The notes beneath the pieces were generated by a model. That model was not told where the DNA came from, searched no databases, and was given only the letters and a program-made list of their open reading frames with translations. A stretch of 64,000 nucleotides of DNA from positions 7,406 to 71,405 of the forward strand of contig JAVVQG010000015.1 of assembly GCA_036655355.1 (NCBI GenBank). Reading direction: 5' to 3'. A program made the translations under genes and the position numbers. The DNA comes from Bacteroidales bacterium (GTDB lineage Bacteria; Bacteroidota; Bacteroidia; Bacteroidales; JAUNSR01). Positions 55,366 through 64,000 of this stretch are shown here, one piece after another; positions within the stretch are counted from its first letter, which is position 1, and every line of letters starts with the position of its first letter.

Positions 55366-56193
55366 TTATCGTTGTTGCAATTCGTAAACTTTGGTTTTCA
55401 AATATTCCGCCCATTGTCTTTGGGAACGGGATTTATCAAAGGTTTGCCAGGGTATTGGCTTCCCTATTCTGACTGCGAATGTTTTATCGCTGTTTTTGAA
55501 CATCTCAGACGGCAGCAGAATCATCTCAATATTCGCCTTGATACCCAGCTTTTTGCGGATATAGGCCAAACGGTAAAAGAATTTCGAGTTGGTTCCCTCG
55601 AAGAATACCGGAATGATGTCACGCTGAAACTCAATCGATTTAGAGATTACCGCTTTCTTCCATTCCAAATCGCGGATTTGATTATTTTGAAGTCGCGAGC
55701 ATAACCCCGCCGGGAAAATAAGCACCTGATTTTCTGATTCGAAAGCTTCGTTGAGCAGATTCGCTTTCTCTTTGTCTTGCGCTCCATGCTTGTTGATGGG
55801 CACGAATACGTTACGTAAAGGTGAAATATGCATCAGGATATCGTTGACGATAAATCTGACTTTCTTGCCATATTTTTCTCCAAAAACCTGAATAAGCGCC
55901 ATGCCGTCAAGGCCACCGAGCGGATGGTTGGAAGCAAAAATAAATTTGCCGTCGGAAGGGATGTTCTCTTCTCCGACCAACTTCACCCGGACATTTAACT
56001 CATCCAGTACCCCCGCAGCGAAATCGACCCCCTGAAGGTGTCCGTAATGATCCAGAATGTAATTCATTTTCTCCTCACAAACCAGTTTGGACAAAAAGCG
56101 ATAAACAAACCCCGGTATTTTCTTTCCTGCTTCGGGTGCTTTGGCCTTTATAGCCTTCTCAACATCTAAATGTAACGAATCAGCAGTATTCAT
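55366..56193 (-). CDS. Lysophospholipid/1-acylglycerol-3-phosphate acyltransferase family protein (GlsA-like O-acyltransferase)
   Basis: It has the acyltransferase block ASNHPLGGLDG and a FPAG block. The track ORF begins with TTG at 56241, so the ATG at 56193 (MNTADSLHLD) is preferred. Confidence 0.6.
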   Translation of the reverse strand: MNTADSLHLDVEKAIKAKAPEAGKKIPGFVYRFLSKLVCEEKMNYILDHYGHLQGVDFAAGVLDELNVRVKLVGEENIPSDGKFIFASNHPLGGLDGMALIQVFGEKYGKKVRFIVNDILMHISPLRNVFVPINKHGAQDKEKANLLNEAFESENQVLIFPAGLCSRLQNNQIRDLEWKKAVISKSIEFQRDIIPVFFEGTNSKFFYRLAYIRKKLGIKANIEMILLPSEMFKNSDKTFAVRIGKPIPWQTFDKSRSQRQWAEYLKTKVYELQQR

Positions 56194-56519
56194 AATCAAT
56201 TTGTAAAGCAATGCAAGCCACAAAAATACATTAATTTTCAAGATTATTCGTCCGGACCTCCTTTTTTATAGTCTTTTATTCGCCTGAAGCGAGTTCCATA
56301 AATGCATTTAACAAAGAGAAAGAGAGCACTTTCGGGAGTTTCAAATCGGTTTGAAATGTAACAATATTTTAATGTAATCACCAAATAACAAGAGAGTTAC
56401 AATATACCCGCGCTGTTGATAACTTTTGGCTAAAAATCAATTCCAATCGAACCGTTTGTGATAAATATAGATTACCTTTACAAATTGAAAACTATTATTT
56501 AAATCTTTTTTAGCTTAAT

Positions 56520-57428
56520 ATGCAAGAAGTTGTTTATCATATCCCTGCTCTTTTGGAAGAGTGTATGACGGGACTAAATATAAAGCCGGACGGAACTTAT
56601 GTGGATGTAACTTTCGGAGGAGGCGGCCACAGCAAAGAGATTCTGAAACGTTTGGGCGAAGGGGGGCACTTGTACTCTTTCGACCAGGACGAAGATGCTG
56701 AAAACAACATCGTGAACGACGACCGTTTCACGTTTATCCGCAGCAACTTCCGTTTCCTTTCCAACTTCATGCGTTATCATGAAGTGGAGTCGATTGACGG
56801 TTTGTTGGCTGATTTGGGCGTATCGTTCCATCACTTCGACGCGGAAGAACGCGGATTCTCGTTCCGTTTTGACGGCAAATTGGACATGCGTATGAATGCG
56901 CGTGCGGGAATGACAGCGGCCGATATCCTGAATAACTACGAAGAGGAAGCCATTGCGGATGTTTTCTACCTGTATGGCGAGATGAAAAACTCACGTCGCA
57001 TCGCAGCCGCGATCGTTCGTGCCAGAGCGGTAAAGAAATTCGATCGTATCGCAGATTTTCTGGAAGTGATTCGTCCCTTCGTAAACAAAAAACAGGAGAA
57101 AAAAGAGCTGGCTCAGGTTTTCCAAGCACTTCGTATCGAGGTAAACCAAGAGATGGACACGCTGAAGAAGATGTTATCGCAGGCGTTGCGTGAATTGAAA
57201 CCGGGCGGCCGACTGGTCGTGTTGACTTACCATTCGCTGGAAGACAGATTGGTTAAGAACTTCATGAAAACGGGGAACTTCGAAGGGAAAGCCGACAAGG
57301 ATTTCTTCGGTCGCGTAGAAACACCGTTCAAGCTGATCAATAACAAAGTAATCATAGCTTCTGAGGAGGAGGTGGAGCGTAATCCACGCGCACGAAGTGC
57401 GAAACTCCGAATTGCAGAGAAGCTTTAA
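56520..57428 (+). CDS. rsmH: 16S rRNA (cytosine1402-N4)-methyltransferase
   Basis: 302-aa ORF with DVTFGGGGHS and a C-terminal NPRARSAKLR. Confidence 0.95.
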   Translation: MQEVVYHIPALLEECMTGLNIKPDGTYVDVTFGGGGHSKEILKRLGEGGHLYSFDQDEDAENNIVNDDRFTFIRSNFRFLSNFMRYHEVESIDGLLADLGVSFHHFDAEERGFSFRFDGKLDMRMNARAGMTAADILNNYEEEAIADVFYLYGEMKNSRRIAAAIVRARAVKKFDRIADFLEVIRPFVNKKQEKKELAQVFQALRIEVNQEMDTLKKMLSQALRELKPGGRLVVLTYHSLEDRLVKNFMKTGNFEGKADKDFFGRVETPFKLINNKVIIASEEEVERNPRARSAKLRIAEKL

Positions 57429-57813
57429 GATATTCAAATCGAGAGGAGACATCACATTGGAACCAAAAAACACACAAGGGAAAAAGCATTCTGACACCAC
57501 CCTGCTGGGAGGACTGAAAGGCATTTCGGAGATTGAGATCTTTTCAAAGGATTTCTTCATCACGCATGGTAAGAAGGTTATCGTTTTTGCCGTGCTCCTT
57601 TTGTTTTATATCAACAACCGATATGCTTGTCTGAATAAACTGGATGAGATAGAGAAACTGAAGACTCAGCTTCAAGACATTAAATATGAGGCATTGACGC
57701 GTTCTTCCGAGCTGATCGGCATCAGTCGCCCTTCGCAGGTGAAAGAGCTGATTCACAATCATGGAATCGAACTTGAGGAATCGAACACGCCGCCCTATAA
57801 TCTAAATGACTGA
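57397..57813 (+). CDS. FtsL-like cell-division protein (start uncertain)
   Basis: It has a single transmembrane span (VIVFAVLLLFYINNRY) followed by a short coiled coil, in the position expected between rsmH and ftsI. The ATG at 57397 overlaps rsmH by 32 nt. An in-frame TTG at 57457 is an alternative start. Confidence 0.6.
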   Translation: MRNSELQRSFKIFKSRGDITLEPKNTQGKKHSDTTLLGGLKGISEIEIFSKDFFITHGKKVIVFAVLLLFYINNRYACLNKLDEIEKLKTQLQDIKYEALTRSSELIGISRPSQVKELIHNHGIELEESNTPPYNLND

Positions 57814-57818
57814 TTTCT

Positions 57819-59942
57819 ATGTCTATCGAAAAGAAAAATATAACCTTTAGATTCTCGCTGATCATTATCCTGGCCTTCTTTATCGGAGTGGCTATCCTTT
57901 TTAAAGCATCCATCACGGTATTTATCGAACGTGACGGGTGGCTGAAGAAGGTCGCCAACCTGAAAGTGGAGGACAAAAGGATCGACCCGAAACGCGGGAA
58001 TATTTTTGCGGAAGACGGGCGACTCATGGCAAGTAGTATTCCTCAATACTACGCCTATATCGATTTTAAAGCGGACGGTCTGAAAAAGGATACCCTGACC
58101 AAATACCTGCCGGAATTGTCGAAGGCACTCTCTTCGCTGATCGGCGATATGTCTGCGGCTTCCTACCAGAACCACATCATGCGGGGATATCACAAGCAGA
58201 CGCGTAACTTCCAGCTGATTAAGCGCAAAATATCCTATACGGAGATGAAAGAGCTGAAACGAATGCCCTTTCTGAAGCAACCGAGTCACCGGAGCGGACT
58301 GATCCTGACGGCGATGGCTCAACGAAAAAAACCGTTCGGATTGCTCGCCTCACGCACCATCGGCGATGTGTACGGGGATCAGGCGATGGGGGGGAAGAAT
58401 GGCCTGGAGCTGGCTTTCGACTCGTTGCTGACCGGCACGCCGGGTGTGGGTACGCGCCAGAAAGTATACGGGAAATACATCACCATCACCGAAACCGAAC
58501 CGGTTGACGGGGTGGATATCACCACCACGATCGATATCAACATTCAGGATATCGCAGAAAAAGCGCTGATGGACAAACTGCTCGAGATCGACGCCGCTTC
58601 GGGAACCGCCGTGGTCATGGAGGTGAAAACGGGAGCAGTGAAAGCGATTGCGAACTTAGGCCGTGTTTCGGAAGGGGTGTATCAGGAAACGAAAAACTTC
58701 GCCGTAGCCGATGAATCGGAACCGGGATCCACCTTCAAAGTGGCTTCCATGATGGTTGCGCTGGAGAAGGGTATCGTGGAACCGGAAGATACGATCGATA
58801 CCGGAAACGGCATTTATATGTACAAAGGTGCCCGCATGACGGATCACAACTGGAATAAAGGGGGGTACGGCAAAATAACAGCAGCCCAGAGCATCTGGTA
58901 TTCTTCGAATATCGGTGTGGCGAAAACGGTTCTCAAAGGGTTCGAACAGAATCCGGGAGAGTTTGTAAACGGGTTGTATGAAATGAGTCTGCACCGCAAA
59001 CTGGAGATGAACATCCCGGGTGCCGGTCGTCCCAAGATCCGCCATCCGCAGGATACGGCTCGTTTTTGGTCAAAAACCAGTCTGCCGTGGATGTCTTTCG
59101 GATATGAAACCCAGATCCCACCGATCTATACGCTGAATTTCTTCAATGCCATCGCCAATGGCGGCAAGATGATGAAACCGTATTTCGTGAAGAACATCAG
59201 CAAAGACGGAAAAACAATCGAAACGATGGACCCGGAGGTGGTGAACAGCAAGATCTGCAGCTCCTCCACATTGGATAAGATCCGTCAGATGCTTCTCGAT
59301 GTAGTGGAACAGGAGAAGGGGACAGCGCATGTGATCAAATCCGATCGCCTGTTATTGGCGGGAAAAACCGGTACGGCTCAGATATCGCAAGGTAAAATGG
59401 GTTATACGGCAGGTGGAAAAAGCCATCAGGTTTCTTTCTGCGGCTATTTCCCGGCAGATAAACCTGTTTACTCGTGCATCGTGGTGATTCGCGGACCTCG
59501 TCGCGGATACCCCTCCGGAGGAGGAATGTCCGGTATGGTTTTCAAAAATATCGCCGAACGCACCTATGCGCAAAGTCGCTTTCTGCCGGTAGAGGCGAAT
59601 CGCGACACGGCCGCCGTGCTGGTCCCGCGCATTAAAAACGGCGATTACCGGGCCATCCGCAGAACACTCGACGAACTTGACATCTCTTTTGAAGACGATA
59701 ATAAAGACTGGACTTGGACGGTTACCAAACTGGAGAATAAGGAGATTTCGATGCGCGAACTCTCTACTCCGGAGAACCTGGTCCCTTCGGTTCACGGAAT
59801 GGGAGCGAAAGACGCCGTGTTCCTATTGGAGAACAGCGGATTACGCGTACACATCAACGGAATCGGGAAGGTGTATTCCCAATCCAAACCGGCCGGCCAA
59901 CGATTCTCAAAAGGGGAAACAATCGTATTGAATCTAAGATAA
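57819..59942 (+). CDS. ftsI: Peptidoglycan D,D-transpeptidase FtsI (PBP3)
   Basis: 707-aa ORF with SxxK (GSTFKV), SSN (YSSNIG) and KTGT (AGKTGTAQ). Confidence 0.9.
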   Translation: MSIEKKNITFRFSLIIILAFFIGVAILFKASITVFIERDGWLKKVANLKVEDKRIDPKRGNIFAEDGRLMASSIPQYYAYIDFKADGLKKDTLTKYLPELSKALSSLIGDMSAASYQNHIMRGYHKQTRNFQLIKRKISYTEMKELKRMPFLKQPSHRSGLILTAMAQRKKPFGLLASRTIGDVYGDQAMGGKNGLELAFDSLLTGTPGVGTRQKVYGKYITITETEPVDGVDITTTIDINIQDIAEKALMDKLLEIDAASGTAVVMEVKTGAVKAIANLGRVSEGVYQETKNFAVADESEPGSTFKVASMMVALEKGIVEPEDTIDTGNGIYMYKGARMTDHNWNKGGYGKITAAQSIWYSSNIGVAKTVLKGFEQNPGEFVNGLYEMSLHRKLEMNIPGAGRPKIRHPQDTARFWSKTSLPWMSFGYETQIPPIYTLNFFNAIANGGKMMKPYFVKNISKDGKTIETMDPEVVNSKICSSSTLDKIRQMLLDVVEQEKGTAHVIKSDRLLLAGKTGTAQISQGKMGYTAGGKSHQVSFCGYFPADKPVYSCIVVIRGPRRGYPSGGGMSGMVFKNIAERTYAQSRFLPVEANRDTAAVLVPRIKNGDYRAIRRTLDELDISFEDDNKDWTWTVTKLENKEISMRELSTPENLVPSVHGMGAKDAVFLLENSGLRVHINGIGKVYSQSKPAGQRFSKGETIVLNLR

Positions 59943-59958
59943 AACAGAGTATATCCAA

Positions 59959-61413
59959 ATGAGACTAAATAAGCTATTCGAAAGAATCATTCATGTGATG
60001 GTTGGAGGCGACCACACGATTGAAATAACAGGAATCCAATCGGATTCACGTAAAATAGAGAAAGATAATCTTTTCGTAGCTGTACGCGGTACAGCGGTAG
60101 ACGGTCACGATTTTATCGCAACGGCGATTGAAAAGGGCGCTACGGCGATCGTTTGCGAGGAGGTTCCGCAAGAACAGAATCCCGCGATCACCTACATTCA
60201 AGTGGCGGATTCGAATCTGGCTATCGCACTTTTGGCTTCGGCCTGGAACGGTTATCCCTCTGAACAACTGAAATTGGTAGGTGTGACGGGGACGAACGGA
60301 AAAACGACCATCGCAACGCTTTTATATAAACTATTCATGAAGCTGGGGTACAAGAGCGGACTTCTTTCTACGGTTTGCAACTATGTGGACCGCAAGGAGA
60401 TTGCCGCAACCCACACCACTCCCGATCCCCTTTCGCTCAACGAACTCTTAAAAGAGATGGTGGAAGCCGGTTGTGAATATGCGTTCATGGAAGTGAGTTC
60501 GCATTCGATTGACCAGAAACGCATTGCGGGACTGAATTTCGACGGTGGGATATTCACGAACCTGACACGCGACCACCTCGATTACCATAAAACGTTTGAC
60601 GCTTATCTGAAAGCGAAGAAAACATTCTTCGACCTGTTGCCGAAAGAGGCGTTCGCATTAACGAATCTCGACGATAAAAACGGAATGGTGATGCTTCAGA
60701 ATACGGCTGCCCATAAATGCACCTATTCGATGCGCACGCTGGCCGATTACAAAGGGCAGATTATCGAAGACCATTTTGACGGAATGCTTCTGGACATCAA
60801 CAACCGGGAGGTGCTCACCCGCTTTGTGGGTAAGTTCAACGCCTCCAACCTGCTTGCCGTATATGGAGCGGCGATTGAATTGGGTGCCAATGTCGATGAA
60901 GTGCTGGTTCAGCTGAGTCTCCTGACCCCTGTATCGGGTCGGTTCGAAGCGATCCGTTCAAAAACGGGCTTCACGGCGATCGTAGATTACGCCCATACGC
61001 CCGATGCGCTTACCAACGTACTGAATGCAATCCACGAAGTACTGGAAGGTCGCGGACAGGTAATCACCGTTGTGGGTGCGGGAGGTAACCGCGACAAAGG
61101 GAAGCGTCCGTTGATGGCCAAAGAAGCCGCCAACAACAGTGATAAAGTAATCCTTACCTCAGACAACCCGCGCTTCGAGGAGCCGGAGGAGATCATCAAG
61201 GACATGGCTGCGGGCCTCGATCCGGTAGAACGCCGTAAAACGTTGATGATCACAGATCGTAAAGAGGCGATCCGCACCTCCGTCATGCTGGCTCAGCCGG
61301 GCGATGTGATTCTTATCGCGGGGAAAGGACATGAGGATTATCAGGATGTGAAAGGTGTGAAACACCATTTTGACGACCGTGAAGTGGTTCGCGAGCTATT
61401 CGAGACCCTTTAA
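59959..61413 (+). CDS. murE: UDP-N-acetylmuramoyl-L-alanyl-D-glutamate--2,6-diaminopimelate ligase
   Basis: 484-aa ORF with [10 protein letters not shown] and a DNPR block (TSDNPRFE). Confidence 0.95.
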   Translation: MRLNKLFERIIHVMVGGDHTIEITGIQSDSRKIEKDNLFVAVRGTAVDGHDFIATAIEKGATAIVCEEVPQEQNPAITYIQVADSNLAIALLASAWNGYPSEQLKLVGVTGTNGKTTIATLLYKLFMKLGYKSGLLSTVCNYVDRKEIAATHTTPDPLSLNELLKEMVEAGCEYAFMEVSSHSIDQKRIAGLNFDGGIFTNLTRDHLDYHKTFDAYLKAKKTFFDLLPKEAFALTNLDDKNGMVMLQNTAAHKCTYSMRTLADYKGQIIEDHFDGMLLDINNREVLTRFVGKFNASNLLAVYGAAIELGANVDEVLVQLSLLTPVSGRFEAIRSKTGFTAIVDYAHTPDALTNVLNAIHEVLEGRGQVITVVGAGGNRDKGKRPLMAKEAANNSDKVILTSDNPRFEEPEEIIKDMAAGLDPVERRKTLMITDRKEAIRTSVMLAQPGDVILIAGKGHEDYQDVKGVKHHFDDREVVRELFETL

Positions 61414-61446
61414 TCAATTCGAATCATCGTTTAGAAAAGTTCAAAT

Positions 61447-62709
61447 ATGCTTTACTATTTATTTAATTATCTCGATAAAACAATCGATCTGCCGGGCGCC
61501 GGCTTATTCAGCTTCGTGACATTCCGCTCCGGAATGGCATTCATCATCGCATTGCTTTTTTCAACGATCGCAGGTAAGAAAATCATTCAGAAATTACAAT
61601 ACAAACAAATCGGCGAGACCATTCGCGACCTCGGTCTGGAAGGACAGATGAGCAAGAAGGGGACGCCCACGATGGGAGGCGTTATCATTATTCTTTCCAT
61701 CCTGATTCCGTGTCTGTTGATTTCCAAATTGGGAAACATTTATATGATTCTGATGCTCATCACGACCGTGTGGTTGGGTGCCATCGGTTTTTTGGATGAC
61801 TACATCAAGGTGTTCCGCAAGAACAAAGAGGGACTGAGCGGACGCTTCAAGATCGTAGGACAAGTGGGACTGGGTCTGATCGTGGGACTCACGCTGTACC
61901 TGAGTCCGAACGTTGTAATCCGTCAGAACCAGGAGGTTTATAAGAAAGGGAATGTGGAAGCTGTGAATTATACGGCAGAAAACATCAAGTCCACGCAGAC
62001 AACGATCCCTTTCCTGAAAAACAACAATTTCGATTATGCCCAATTAGTGAGTTTCATGGGCGATAAGGCGCAAGACTACGGCTGGGTGATCTTCATCCTC
62101 GTAACCATCTTTATCGTTACCGCCGTATCCAACGGAGCGAACCTGACAGACGGACTTGACGGTCTGGCCACGGGTAGTTCGGCGATTATCGGTACGACAT
62201 TGGGAATCCTGGCCTACGTATCGAGTCACGTCGAATACGCTTCCTACCTCAACATCATGTACATTCCCGGCTGTGAGGAAATGGTGGTGTTCGCAAGTGC
62301 CTTTATCGGCGCTACCATCGGATTCCTTTGGTACAACGCCTATCCCGCTCAGGTATTCATGGGCGATACGGGCAGTCTGACGCTGGGTGGTATCATCGGT
62401 GTTTTTGCCATCGCAATTCACAAAGAGCTTCTTTTACCGATTCTGTGCGGGGTCTTCCTGGTAGAAAGCTTATCGGTAATGATTCAGGTAGCTTATTTCA
62501 AATATACAAAGAAAAAATGCGGCGAAGGGAAACGTGTTTTCCGCATGGCTCCGCTACATCATCATTTCCAGAAATCGGGCACAGCCGGCATCCAGTCGTT
62601 GTTCAACAAACCGCTGTACGCCATTCCCGAATCGAAAATCGTTACCCGTTTCTGGATCATCGGCATTTTATTGGCCGTGATGACGATTGTGACTTTAAAA
62701 ATCAGATAA
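61447..62709 (+). CDS. mraY: Phospho-N-acetylmuramoyl-pentapeptide transferase
   Basis: 420-aa polytopic ORF with [22 protein letters not shown] and APLHHHF. Confidence 0.95.
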   Translation: MLYYLFNYLDKTIDLPGAGLFSFVTFRSGMAFIIALLFSTIAGKKIIQKLQYKQIGETIRDLGLEGQMSKKGTPTMGGVIIILSILIPCLLISKLGNIYMILMLITTVWLGAIGFLDDYIKVFRKNKEGLSGRFKIVGQVGLGLIVGLTLYLSPNVVIRQNQEVYKKGNVEAVNYTAENIKSTQTTIPFLKNNNFDYAQLVSFMGDKAQDYGWVIFILVTIFIVTAVSNGANLTDGLDGLATGSSAIIGTTLGILAYVSSHVEYASYLNIMYIPGCEEMVVFASAFIGATIGFLWYNAYPAQVFMGDTGSLTLGGIIGVFAIAIHKELLLPILCGVFLVESLSVMIQVAYFKYTKKKCGEGKRVFRMAPLHHHFQKSGTAGIQSLFNKPLYAIPESKIVTRFWIIGILLAVMTIVTLKIR

Positions 62710-62732
62710 CCATTTAGCATTAAGAAAGCACT

Positions 62733-64000
62733 ATGGAAAATAAGAAAAGAATTGTCGTTTTAGGAGGAGGAGAAAGTGGCACGGGTGCCGCTGTCCTGGC
62801 TAAGGTGAAAGGATTCGACGTATTCCTTTCCGATCGCTCACCGATTAAAGATAATTACAAGGAGCTGCTCGATAAATACGATATCCCTTGGGAAGAGGGC
62901 AATCATACTGCTGAATTAATTCTTAATGCGGACGAATTGATCAAAAGTCCCGGTATCCCGGAAACCGCTCCGATCATGATCGAAGTGATTAAGAAACGGA
63001 TCCCGGTGATCTCTGAGATCGAATTCGCAGGCAGATATACCGATGCGAAGATGGTGTGCATCACCGGAAGCAACGGAAAAACCACTACGACGCTGCTCAC
63101 TTATCACATTCTGAAAAGCAGCGGATTGAATGTCGGACTGGCCGGAAACGTTGGCAAGAGTCTGGCGCTCCAGGTTGCTACGGACCATTACGATTACTAT
63201 GTAATTGAACTCAGCAGCTTCCAGTTGGACAACATGTACGATTTCAAGGCCAATATCGCCGTGATTCTGAACATCACGCCCGACCACCTCGACCGCTACG
63301 ATTATAAGATGCAGAATTATGTGAATTCGAAGTTCCGCATCACACAAAATCAGACGGAGAACGATGCGTTCATCTATTGGAATGACGATCCGATTATCCG
63401 AAAAGAGATCATCGAGAATCCGCCGAAAGCGAAGACCTATCCTTTTGCGGAGCAAGGTGACGGATTATCCGCTTTTACCGAAAACCACAAAATGGTGGTG
63501 AATGCGTTGAATCATCATTTTGAGATCGGCATCAGCGAATTATCGCTCGAGGGGAAACACAACCTGCTCAATTCAATGGCAGCTACCATCTCGGCGAATC
63601 TACTCGATATTAAAAAAGAGGAGATTCGTGCCGCATTGTGCGACTTCGAAGGAGTTGAACATCGTCTGGAGCGAGTGAAAAACCTCAACGGCATACAATA
63701 TATCAACGACTCGAAAGCAACGAACGTAAACTCTTGCTGGTATGCGCTGCAAAGCATGCGTACTCCGGTTGTACTTATCCTAGGCGGAAAAGACAAAGGA
63801 AACGACTATTCTGAAATAGCGCAACTGGTTAAAGAGAAAGCGAAGGCACTCATCTTCATGGGTGTCGACAACTCGAAACTTCATCAGTTCTTTGACCCGA
63901 TGGACAAAATCACCCGTGACGCCTCTTCCATGGAAGAAGCGGTGAGACAGGCGCATGAACTGGCCGAAAGCGGCGATACCGTTTTGCTTTCGCCTTGCTG
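62733..64000 (+). CDS. murD: UDP-N-acetylmuramoylalanine--D-glutamate ligase (3' end beyond window)
   Basis: This ORF is not in the track because it is open to the window edge. My own translation gives MENKKRIVVLGGGESGTGAAVLAK...CITGSNGKTTTT..., and it sits in the dcw position expected after mraY. Confidence 0.9.
   Translation, partial: MENKKRIVVLGGGESGTGAAVLAKVKGFDVFLSDRSPIKDNYKELLDKYDIPWEEGNHTAELILNADELIKSPGIPETAPIMIEVIKKRIPVISEIEFAGRYTDAKMVCITGSNGKTTTTLLTYHILKSSGLNVGLAGNVGKSLALQVATDHYDYYVIELSSFQLDNMYDFKANIAVILNITPDHLDRYDYKMQNYVNSKFRITQNQTENDAFIYWNDDPIIRKEIIENPPKAKTYPFAEQGDGLSAFTENHKMVVNALNHHFEIGISELSLEGKHNLLNSMAATISANLLDIKKEEIRAALCDFEGVEHRLERVKNLNGIQYINDSKATNVNSCWYALQSMRTPVVLILGGKDKGNDYSEIAQLVKEKAKALIFMGVDNSKLHQFFDPMDKITRDASSMEEAVRQAHELAESGDTVLLSPC

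Overview
This window is a chromosomal segment from a Bacteroidota genome, of the Bacteroidales type that carries type IX secretion (T9SS). My spot counts of single 60-nt lines give about 47-58% GC in the backbone.

Most of the window is ordinary. It holds housekeeping genes (pta, waaA, gltX, xseAB, mnmA, ispF, rex, SUI1/yciH, rplS, gpmI). It also holds a dcw cluster (rsmH, ftsL-like, ftsI, murE, mraY, and a murD that runs off the window edge). T9SS parts are present: porU, porV, a PorT-like barrel, and an S8 protease with a T9SS C-terminal domain. A pair of genes looks like an N-acyl amino-acid lipid synthesis pair. Glycan hydrolases are scattered through the window (GH35, GH95-like, GH2, GH20, and a GH3/beta-lactamase fusion) with no SusC/SusD genes.

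The stand-out is an AT-rich insertion of about 11.1 kb at 29473..40543 (spot counts mostly 33-43% GC). It is bounded by a 103-bp direct duplication of the 3' end of the GH20 gene and contains no integrase.

The insertion carries one tightly packed, single-strand operon of eight genes:
- a vWA-like lipoprotein
- a small polytopic membrane protein
- a tubulin/FtsZ-like GTPase
- a 1093-aa protein with an actin/Hsp70-fold (ASKHA) ATPase module
- a coiled-coil protein
- a MotA/ExbB-like protein with a long cytoplasmic tail, resembling ZorA
- a trypsin-like lipoprotein
- a MotB/OmpA-like protein that keeps the transmembrane Asp, resembling ZorB

This gene combination does not match any Zorya type or other named system I can recall. 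It is my candidate for the undescribed system.

Other oddities are a mosaic palindrome next to the island, a 22-bp hairpin-unit tandem array, and 14-bp and 13-bp tandem repeats in two gene-proximal regions.

All functional calls rest on motif recognition by eye. No searches or structure predictions were run.
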